Assembly (NCBI GenBank): GCA_000320545.1
Contig: ADNK01000023.1
Coordinates: 1-64,000 of the forward strand
Source: Bigelowiella natans CCMP2755
Taxonomy: Eukaryota > Protista > Cercozoa
Length of the DNA stretch: 64,000 nt
Reading direction: 5' to 3'
The number at the start of each line of letters is the position of its first letter. The stretch's first letter is position 1. A program made the translations under genes and the position numbers. Shown here in pieces: positions 1 to 9,517 of the stretch. The notes below the pieces were generated by a model. The model did not search any database. It was not told where the DNA came from and saw nothing but the letters and a program-made list of their open reading frames with translations.

Positions 1-1
1 C

Positions 2-2098
2 AAACCTAAGAATGCAAAGGAGTTAAAGTCATTCTTGCAGACTGCAGCTTGGATACTACGTAGGTTCTCCCCTACCTACGCTAGGACTGCAGCTGCTTTT
101 ACTACTGCTTACCGGAAGGAGAACTCTGTAGGCCTCAGCTTCGCTAAGGTGTGGGCCAAGGCTGGCCTTGATGCCCACTTCGATAACCTAATAAAGTTAT
201 GCAGCAACACCCTATTGAATGCTAAGCTAGACACTACTAGACCAGCTACCCTATGGACAGACTGGTCTAAGCTAGGTATGGCTGCTGTACTTACCCAAGA
301 CCAGCAGATCATACGGGTGTGGGGCAGGGCCTGCACAGCAGCTGAGGCCAAGTACAGCCCTACAAAAGGAGAGTATAAAGCCATGACTGAGGCGCAGAGG
401 AAACTAAGATACTACCTGCTGTCGGTGCCCAGCTTCACCTTAATGACTGACCACAAGCCCCTCCTAGGCATCGACCGCAAGCTCGAAGCGCCTAACGATG
501 AGTATGCAGCTATGAGGGCGGACACGGAAGAGTTTAGGGACAAGAGGACAGTGGTCTACGCACCAGGAGACAAGCAGCTTGCTGACTATTTCAGCAGGCT
601 GTTCGAAAAGAAAGTCCCTACCCAGGTCACCCCTATGGTTAACGCGATTACCTTCGAGGACGGCGACTTCCTGCCTGAGCCAGAGGAGCTCCAGCACCTT
701 CAAGAACACCTGGATAAATACAAACACAAGCATGAGGTACTTAGTGATAGGATATATGTATACACTAATAATGTTAGGCGTACCTACGTGCCACGGCGGA
801 CCAGGGGAGCCCTTCTCTTTACCGCCCATGGACCTGCACACGTAGGAGAAAACCATATCACTGCTCTACTCTACCATTACTACTGGCCCTACAAGCTAAA
901 AGAGATAAGGACATACCTGCGTGGCTGCAGGTGCTCCAGCTTGAAGGCGGCAGGCGTCGCCACCAAGGAGTCCAGCAAGAGCCGTGCATCTAAGAAAATC
1001 AAAGCAAGGAACTTCTTAGATATCGTGCAAATTGATGTTTATAAGTACGATGGCTATCACTACCTTACCTTCGTTGATGTGGCCACTGGAAAGTGCTGGG
1101 TTAAAAAGATTATCAAGGTCAACGTTGCTAAGAAGAACAAAGGCTTATATAAGCAGAGGCTTACTAACTGCTACCGTACCTGGGAGTCTGAGCTCCAGGC
1201 TATCCCTGATGAAGTTAGCATAAACAAGATACCAAAGAAGTTACATGTGGATAATGAGACCTCTCTTCTACAGCTACCACACCCTAATATTGATGCCTCA
1301 CCTGTATACTATGCCCAGTCCAACTCCAAGGTAGAGCGACTCCACCGCACCTTGGCCAACCTAAGCAGGATAAATAGCACCACACCAGACAAGATACAAG
1401 GGTTAGTAAACGACACCTTCACGTCTGGGGGAGGTATCAAGGATAAGGAGAGGGAAGAAGGCGACGACAACGACGACGATACCGAGAGCGAAGACGAGAA
1501 GGTCCCGTACGATGGCCGAGTTCTAAAGGAAGGACAGTATGTTAGGGCCAAGGTAAATCTGAGATCGAGAAATAAACAAGACCCCTTCTGGGGTGGCGTT
1601 GCAAAGGTTACCGAGAGGAAGGGGAGGAAGCAGTACTACATCTATGATGGGAACAGGGTCACCTTGCGCCACATCAGTCACCTAAAGAATTATGATATCG
1701 GTGAGAAGCTCCTAGAGGATGTTAAAGTAAACCCTACTGTGTGGGAGCGAGCAATGCCTTGTTTAGGACCCCGACCTAAGTTCGATGTGGAATATGGAAA
1801 CAATAAGGTCAGGGTGAACGACGATTGGCGCATGAAGATTGTCTATCTAGGCTACCCTGGATTACGAAATATGGAGAGGGTAGCTATGAAAATAAAGGAC
1901 GGAAAATATCAGCTACTCTACCTAGCTGTTCCCGACTTACCCTTTGAGCACTGGTATAAGGTCCTGGGGGACCTTGATGCAGAGGGCTGGTATGGACACG
2001 AACCTAAGGACGAAGGTGAGTTCTGGGTAAGCGACAAAGGAGATAAGGTTAGAGAGGAATCTATTACCTGGTGGTTGGTGAAGTTCCGAAAGCGATGA
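2..2098 (+). CDS. pol: Pol polyprotein, 5'-truncated: RT thumb/connection, RNase H, integrase (HHCC, DDE, GPY/F-like) and a C-terminal Dam-like extension
   Basis: Frame is open from base 2 (KPKNAKELKSFLQ). RNase H: TLWTDWSKLGMAAVL, YSPTKGE, FTLMTDHKPL, LADYFSR. Zinc finger: HGPAH...YYWP...CRC. Integrase core: IVQIDV, LTFVDVATGK, HVDNE, QSNSKVERLHRTL. No stops or frameshifts. Confidence 0.92.
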   Translation, partial: KPKNAKELKSFLQTAAWILRRFSPTYARTAAAFTTAYRKENSVGLSFAKVWAKAGLDAHFDNLIKLCSNTLLNAKLDTTRPATLWTDWSKLGMAAVLTQDQQIIRVWGRACTAAEAKYSPTKGEYKAMTEAQRKLRYYLLSVPSFTLMTDHKPLLGIDRKLEAPNDEYAAMRADTEEFRDKRTVVYAPGDKQLADYFSRLFEKKVPTQVTPMVNAITFEDGDFLPEPEELQHLQEHLDKYKHKHEVLSDRIYVYTNNVRRTYVPRRTRGALLFTAHGPAHVGENHITALLYHYYWPYKLKEIRTYLRGCRCSSLKAAGVATKESSKSRASKKIKARNFLDIVQIDVYKYDGYHYLTFVDVATGKCWVKKIIKVNVAKKNKGLYKQRLTNCYRTWESELQAIPDEVSINKIPKKLHVDNETSLLQLPHPNIDASPVYYAQSNSKVERLHRTLANLSRINSTTPDKIQGLVNDTFTSGGGIKDKEREEGDDNDDDTESEDEKVPYDGRVLKEGQYVRAKVNLRSRNKQDPFWGGVAKVTERKGRKQYYIYDGNRVTLRHISHLKNYDIGEKLLEDVKVNPTVWERAMPCLGPRPKFDVEYGNNKVRVNDDWRMKIVYLGYPGLRNMERVAMKIKDGKYQLLYLAVPDLPFEHWYKVLGDLDAEGWYGHEPKDEGEFWVSDKGDKVREESITWWLVKFRKR

Positions 2099-2140
2099 AG
2101 GTCTAAGGGAATAAGGAAGGAAGGAAGGAGCAACGTGACT

Positions 2141-2149
2141 TGGGGGAGG
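2141..2149 (+). other. 3' polypurine tract (PPT), preceded by a purine-rich stretch at 2105-2130
   Basis: TGGGGGAGG immediately abuts the TG that starts the LTR. Confidence 0.8.
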
Positions 2150-2475
2150 TGTAGCGCGTACCACTACGCGGGCACAAGTCACGTGCGACAACAAAGGGGT
2201 TGTCGCGGATATAGAATATAGATAACGTAGATATTAATACAGCATAGGCACGTGGGTTCCGGCGGGACTCATGGCAGCACACCGGAAGTGTGCTGCCCCA
2301 CGTGCGGCGGCATTCGCGAAAGCTTCGCGAATGATTACGCAGTGCACGATTTAATAAAAATATAATCTTTAATAAAAATAAACACAACTCTTCAAAAGGA
2401 AGCAAACGTGCCTTTCCCCCCCCCTGCCTACTTGTGCACGTAGCGCCTCGGCCTGTGAACACCTTACGCGCAACA
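2150..2475 (+). repeat. 3' long terminal repeat (326 bp)
   Basis: Starts TGTAGCGCGTA right after the PPT and ends TACGCGCAACA (10/11 inverted match, TG...CA). Internal AATAAA signals at ~2354-2382. The 5' LTR is not in the window, so the direct repeat cannot be confirmed. Confidence 0.8.
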
Positions 2476-2988
2476 TGCAGGACGAGTGCTGAAGCGCGCG
2501 CGCACTCTGCAAGGTGACCGTTCACCAACATTGGGGGACATGACTGGGATTCTGGAAGCCAAGCCTGGGATCCCGGCATTTAGATAACACATCGAAATTG
2601 TAGGGATTCATTCCACAACAACAAGAGAAATGTCGTGTCGCATGGACACATTCCTCGTACTCGCAGCAGCAGAGCGTTGGGGCTCAGAGGTCTATCAGGG
2701 TTTCCGGAGCGGTTCCAGACCAGATCTGAAGATGCGACATGAAAATGGCTTCGAGGAAGAGGATTTTCGTCGGGCATTTATCCTAATGCGACTACACACG
2801 ATGCACACCCGCTTGTCTGGATCTCTTCTCTCACCTCCGAATCAGAAAGCAGTTGTCACAGTAAAGGCACAGCTTACGAGTATCCGCACTCTGGCTGCCA
2901 GCAGGGGAGAAGAGCCCCTTCCTTCAAGAAGGGGTGTGGAGACCAATTAGTCGTTTCATTTGTGTAAGAATTTTCCCGGAGTATCAAG

Positions 2989-3434
2989 ATGGGCGCGGCT
3001 TTGCCCCACCCAATTCGTACTAAGTGGATCGAGCGCCATGGCGACCAGAACTACACCGTAGCTTCTGCAGAAATGCAGGTGATGAAGATGCGATTCACCT
3101 TTGTCAATTTGTGTGGGTGGGCGGGTAGGCTTCTACGCATGGCTCCACGTATTCTTTATAGCTCATGATTTCTTGCATTTGCTCTTGTGAATCGGAAGTT
3201 TATCCGATAATATTACATGTGATTTATGAATGGATTCCAATTACTGACAGGGTTGGAGGTCGACCATGGAGGACGCAAAAAGTGTCTGCCTAAAATTAAA
3301 CGATAGGCATAAAGATTTAGCTCTTTTTGGCGTGTACGATGGCCACGGTAAGAAGATTTAACAATTAGCACAACGGCTATTGCATGGGGCAATATGTGCA
3401 TGTCGTTTTCCCTACATAATCATACACTTGAAGA

Positions 3435-3471
<37 letters not shown>

Positions 3472-4966
3472 AATATGCGAATTACATGGATCTGTGTGAT
3501 GTTACATCTGTCATAGCACATTCGTTATTGATTGATTTGTGCACAGCGGGGAGCCAGTGTTCAACGTACTTGGAGAAGGCAGTCCCAGCTGCTGTAGGAA
3601 AGCTTGCTAAACCTACGAAGAAGCACGACCTAATTGATGCGATGCTCGCTGTAGACGGTACTGAATCTTCAATGTTCGGTGTTGAATTCCTATTTCGTCC
3701 TTTTTGACTTGTTTGAAAATCTGGAACGTGCACATCTCTCCCGATTCTGATCGAGCGAGTGAATAATGCAGAAGGCATCTAGAGCCTGAAATATAAATTT
3801 ATCCATATTTACGGTTCTTTGGTAGAAGGGGGGGGAGGGGAAGGGCATTTTCCGCTGTTTGTGTAAAAATGTGGAATACTTCCGTTTTCGTCACTGCCAT
3901 CTCTCACCAATCACTATTATCGTTTTCATATGGATGATCAGAGGAATTTCTGAGCAATCCCCATGCTCGGACGAATGGTTCTACGTGTGTCTTTACGGTA
4001 GTTCTCGATTTAATAGCGGTTTTGGTAGTAGTAGTAGTAGTAGCAGTAGTAGCAGTAGTAACAAAAGTGGCAGCTCAGCGCTCTTGCCGCTCTGTGAAAT
4101 CAAGGACGAGAATGATGATACGTTTTCCCTTCAAGGTCGTACGGCCACGGCGAGCGCATCCACACAAAAGCAGCAAAAGCAGCAGCGTAGACAGTAGTGG
4201 TAGTAATAGCAGCAGCAGTAGCTCTGCATCCGGGCAGCGGGAGAAACCTTCATCCTCGACTGGTCAAAAACTCTTTGAAGTCACGGTGAGCAACATCGGA
4301 GATTCAAGGGCCGTGCTGCTGAGAGCAGGTTGCTATAATGAATTACTGGGATTCCCATCACATTTATCGGCCATGATAAACGAAGATGCTAGATCTTCAT
4401 ATGCGTTGCCGTGCATGATTCAGCTCCCGTCCTTTTCTGTTCGCAATCTCCTCTAACCATACGAGCTGGTTCTTGTCTTCTTCCCGCCCCTCTAGATGGC
4501 CGTTGGAAGCTGCTGACGCGTGATCATAAGCCCTCGAATGCAGAGGAGAAGGAGCGTATAGAAAAGGCGGAGGGCAAGGTAGTAGAAACACTTCTTCTTT
4601 ACGGGTAAAGCATGCGGAAAATCATAATAGAAAGATATAGTTGGTAAAGAAGGGAGGAGGACTGACGGACCTACACACACCTGGACAAATGCACGTAAGT
4701 ATTACTGCTCGCTGATGTTGTTTCTTGCTGCTGTTGCTTCTCTACATGTATCATCTAGGTCGACAACAGCAGGGTAGACGGGCAGGTACCGCTATTTGAC
4801 ACCGCCATTAAAAACCTTGATGATGGTAGCTGATAGCTGATTCTTACGTGGGGGGAAGAAAAGAGATGCGCAGTACATGAATATTCGCATGTATAGACAG
4901 ATAAAGACGTGGGGAACGTAGTCGGCAGCAATGCAGATAGGCATGCATAACACTTTTGTCGCTATT

Positions 4967-4998
<32 letters not shown>

Positions 4999-5735
4999 TG
5001 TCGTCGTCATCATCATTATCATCATTCAGCTGGCCCTGTCGAGGGCAATGGGTGACTGGCATTACAAGCAGAACGGGAAGCTTAAACCGCACGAGCAGAA
5101 AGTAGTTGCAATTCCTGAGATTTCGAGGTATTCTTTGCCTGAGCCCAACTGCAAACATCAGCTGTCGCAGTTCTTATATATTCGCTCAAATTGTTTTGCA
5201 TCCCCTCCCCCCCCTCACTTTTCGCATTATAGGATCCTAGCTGCAGAGGGCGATAGCTTACTTCTGTGCTGCGACGGCATCTTTGAGAAGCTGACAACTG
5301 CGGTAGATTTTTAAAAAGCACGCCCAACTGCATCTCGTAATCGTCACCATCATCATCATCATCCTCATCATCCTCATCACTATCTCAAAATCCGCTTTCG
5401 CTGCCACCGTAGTGTCAATCATCTTCATCACCAAAGTCGTCGTCGTTCGTTCGTGTTGTTGCTCTCCCTCTCTCTCTCTGCTACTCAGGAGGTATGCAGC
5501 TTCGTCCATGAGGACATGGTGGCGAGTGGGAACAAGGAGCCTGCACTGACATTGGCACGGCTACTCGATCTTTCCCTCGATCGTGGGAGCAAAGACAATA
5601 TGACTGCTGTATGCATCACTTTCAAGAATGGCTCGGACTATGGCCAGGTAGGCAACGAGCTCATTCCTGGCCGCTATTTTGAGTACTCCAAGGACGAAAA
5701 GTTTAAAACGGTGCGTAAATATCCACCCTTCTACT

Positions 5736-5816
<81 letters not shown>

Positions 5817-6394
5817 CTTGTTCCCTATCCCTCTCTCCTTTAGTGAGCCTGGTCTAACACGTAGGCTTACCTAAAATTCGCCAAGTCGCATGGATTTGAA
5901 GGAGAAGCGTTGTTCAGCAAGATACCCAAGCAGATGAAACAGAGAGTTGACGTAAGAACCGAACTTTCCGCGTTTGCCTTCTGCATGAGTAGTTGGGAGT
6001 ATTCTGGCGCACCTGTTCTATAGTTTCCTCTTCCTCATCCTCTTCCTCCTCCTCCTTTTCCTCCTCCCCTCTTCTTCCTCCCCGTTTCTCCTCACCCCCC
6101 CCCCTCCTTACATTCTCGATTCCGTTGTTTGCCACTGCTCAATTTTTCGGATGATCTCACAACGGTGGCGCGACATCAGATCTCTCCCCGCGAGCGGGAA
6201 TTCAGCAGCGTATTGTCGCAGCTAAAAGCTTCGGATAGATCACTACTGATGGCGATGGTAATGTTGACTCCAATTAGTTCTTTTGTGACGTGTCCCTCAA
6301 TCATTTGCTTTTTGCTCTGCAGGTCGCTAATACGGGCGAGGAGAAAGCAGCGGACAACGATGGTAGCGAGAATTCAGAAACAGCACCAATATGA
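2989..6394 (+). CDS. Protein phosphatase 2C (PPM family), multi-exon
   Basis: Spliced exons give MGAALPHP...SAEMQ|GWRSTMED...LFGVYDGH, NGSTCV, VSNIGDSRAVL, LTRDHKP, RVDGQ|LALSRAMGD, LLLCCDGIFE and GSKDNMT: all canonical PP2C motifs, joined by GT-AG introns. Confidence 0.93.
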
Positions 6395-6815
6395 AAAATC
6401 CTTTCAGGACGTTGTGGGACTGCGTGTATGCCTAGCCGTAGCAGTGGTGACTCAGCATAGCAGTGTACATATTCGGGGATTGCCTACATCAGTCGTTTTT
6501 GTGTGCTGATTGTCGATCTTTTCGTCTACGTAGTAGGTTATTTTATTGTACTTTGCTTCGATTAACGTTGTATCTACTACAAATTGCATTGAGAAGCGCA
6601 TGCAATGATGTGCATCATCACGTACTCCGTGCAAGCTCTGTTTTCAAATTGCAGCTACTATTATTTGTAAGTAGAGCTATAGATATCGGAGGTGCGCCCT
6701 CTCCCTTGTGTCTAGATGCATGTAGTAGCGCTTGCTCTGGGCTAGCTAGTGCTTAGCGCGCGCGTTGTAGCCGCACAGCTTTGCACAGCTCTATTAGGAT
6801 GACTATTGAACGAAT

Positions 6816-6947
6816 TCAATTTCTTAATTACACCCATCTCAAAATATATGTGCGAGACGGATGTAATGAAGTAAGACGACAGATGTAATCAATCAATTTC
6901 TTCATTACACTCATCTCAAAATATAAATGAGAAGGATGTAATGAAGT
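6816..6947. repeat. Two tandem imperfect copies (77-bp period) of a hairpin-forming unit
   Basis: TCAATTTCTT(A/C)ATTACAC(C/T)CATCTCAAAATATA...GGATGTAATGAAGT begins at 6816 and again at 6893. In copy 2, CTTCATTACA/TGTAATGAAG is a perfect inverted pair. Confidence 0.7.
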
Positions 6948-7291
6948 GATTAAATCTTTTGAATGGTCATCAATATGTACATGCGGCACAGTATCGTAAT
7001 AAATGTGCCACGTGCTGTCTTCCTTGTGAGTTCGCATTCACAGCCGTCAAGATGTACACACATATGGACTAGCGAATTGATAAAGTAGGCACAGCCTACA
7101 TACTCCTTTAGCCCATAGTCCTAAAATGTTATCTAGCACTGCTGGAAGGGGTCAGGCTAGCAGGGCAGTGTGAGTGCGCAGATATGTCATAATACGTATG
7201 ATGAGCATGAGCATGTACGCCTGATCTGATATACGGCGAATTATTGAGCTACTACGCAAGCATGCATCTTGTGTAGACCAATGTGCGTGTT

Positions 7292-9260
7292 CTAATCAAA
7301 CATTTTCTCAACGTCTGCCAGCACCTCAAACGTCCAACCCTTTTCCGCTGCATTCGATTCCATTTTTTGAATGGCCCGTATTCTAGAATAGGAAAGACGA
7401 GGAGGTGTGGTTTCCCCCACTTTCGATCTGTCCTCTACCTTCAAATTGTCAGTGAGCTTTGTTTGATCTTTTCCATCGTTCTGTGTTTGCTCTTTCATCT
7501 CGTTCTTGTCCTCCTCAGGCTCGGTTGACACGGTTGTATGGGGTGTTTTCTGCTCCTCCTCCTCCTCCTCCTCCTTGGGTTTATCATCACCATTCTCCTT
7601 CAGTTTATCACCACCATTCTTCAGGGGTTGCTTGACGTGAGTCACCACCCAGCCCTGCAGCGGGCGAAGATAGCCATCGTCATCCTGCCCAATAGCACTA
7701 ATGCCTGCACAGAAGCGGAGAGGGTATTTTTTAAAGTAATAGTCCCAGGTCACCTTTACGGAAGAGATTGTTGCGGGAAAGTCGCAAGGATTGGGTCCGG
7801 CAGGAATCACATGTTCAATTGTTGGTCGTCCACTACGGTCTCGTGCCCTTGCTGGTAGTTCCATAACTCGTACCTTGGGCTTCGTCGTCCATTTTTTCCA
7901 AGGAGCCATGTATTTATTCACCTTTACTTTGTCTCGCCTCTTCACGTAGGGGTACAGGTTGTTGACCCACCTGATTAAGGAATTATTGCAAGCAAAGACA
8001 TGTTTGTAGTAGTGTAAGGTTGGTTGGCATATTCATGTTGCAATTCGGGAACATCTATGAGGAGTTGTTTAGAAGCTTGTGACCAGCACCATCCCAAGGA
8101 TGATGAGTTTTAAAAAAAAAAGTTAGTTGTGTGTGTACCCGCTTATCCATGGGTGAGAGCCGCTATGCTTTTCTATAGGAAAATGTTTCACCATGTGCGA
8201 CCAGAATGTTTGGTTGACATTGCCTTGAAATGCCTCGACAAATTGGTCGAGGACTGGGAGGAGGTTTGGTAGCCAATATTCTTTGAATTCAGCCGTCATC
8301 AGCTTTCCTAAAGCTTCGGCTCGAGAGCGAAGGCTCCTCCAGTCATCAAGCTTTCCTTCTAATCGCACAGAAGGAATTCCACAAAAGGTTTCCATTGTAA
8401 AATTGAAGTACTTTTTCGTAGCTGCCATCAAAGCGATTTCTGTTTTGATACACACATAAAAACACCATTAGAATCTGTAGTGATCCATAGACTATCATCA
8501 GTAGTGCTGTGTCTTGTGCACAACAAGATTACTCGCACGTTTCATATATGAGATGCGAGAATACCATGAGACACAATGTCGGTTGAAGTAGAGGTCGAAA
8601 ATGGAGAGGCAATAATGGAGTGTGTATCCTTGCCAATGAAGTTCTTTATCTGAGAGCTAAAATCTGGGAAGACGTCTTTCTCCCAATCATCGGGTGATGT
8701 TGCGCCCATAATAAAGTGGTCCACGCGGACCTTCAGTTTCTTCTTGCCTTTAAACTTTACAAGCTTGCTTTTGAGAGCCTCAGAGTTCATTTCGATATGC
8801 TTTGCTAGTCCAAATGAGATGACCGACCAGATATCGTCGGGGCGAAGTGCAAGAGGTAGATGCCTGGCGTATGCATTCAGGCAGGTGGCTATGAAGGCGT
8901 GCTTGCAATAAACACCAGATGTTTTCTGCTTAGAAAAAGAAGACGCCTCGATACAGGCCGATTTTCCGCCGATTAATGCAACAGCAACCTCACATAACTT
9001 TGTGGGTAATGGCGGTAGTTTAAACTTGGAAACTTCTACATTCGCGACCTTGAATACAACCCCGTTTTCAACCTAAGAATAAACTTTTTTTAAAAAATTA
9101 TTTTGAAGTAGATGTCATTCTCTATCAATCACTAACTATAGTTTAGAATTCCCTTTGCCATCCCTCCCCCTTCCCCCCTCCCCTGCACCTTGTTGACTTC
9201 AGTTTTTGCCTCGACTGCGGTTGCTTTACTATCCGTCAGGGTAGCTGTTCCGATCTCCAT
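7292..9260 (-). CDS. DUF4419 family protein, multi-exon
   Basis: Motifs AYARHLPLALRPDDIW, PFSTSTSTD, KKYFNFTMETFCGIPSVRLEGKLDDWRSL, GSHPWISG|WVNNLYPY, FCAGISAI and LRPLQGW match my recollection of DUF4419. Probable ATG at 9260. Confidence 0.85.
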
Positions 9261-9517
9261 CTTACTCTACTTCCAGCCTGTGCCTTATGTATCGACGCGA
9301 AATTCACGCCAGACAGATGCACCCGTATTGACGAGATCACACCGTCGGGGGGGAGCTCTAGAAACGCCTCGGGCGATGCACGTGTGTGAAGGGGGGATGG
9401 TAAGGAGACTGACTGCTTTGTGTCAGTTATATTTATCTTTCTGTCGGCCCTCGGAGCCGAAAATTCTATTTATTGGGTTCCGAGCCGAGAAGGATTGTAC
9501 GATCTTTCTGGGTTCCG

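Larger units (their letters stand above)
1..2475 (+). mobile_element. Ty3/Gypsy-type LTR retrotransposon, 3' portion (5' part lies outside the window)
   Basis: Domain order RT-connection > RNase H > integrase (Ty3/Gypsy order), followed by a polypurine tract and a TG...CA LTR with terminal inverted repeats. Confidence 0.93.

Noticed and set aside
35-37. TTG at 35 as the start of pol
   Set aside because: The frame is open from base 2 and encodes conserved RT-connection residues upstream.
2248-2305. Hammerhead ribozyme in the LTR three-way junction (minus strand CTGCCATGAG-TCC-CGCC-GGA-AC)
   Set aside because: Lacks an intact CUGANGA and the GAAA core; resemblance is only partial.
1-2475. Classifying the element as DIRS because of the Dam-like domain
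   Set aside because: It has an HHCC/DDE integrase, a PPT and a TG...CA LTR, with no tyrosine recombinase in view.
6816-6947. tRNA or CRISPR repeat
   Set aside because: Only two diverged AT-rich copies; no cloverleaf or T-loop consensus.
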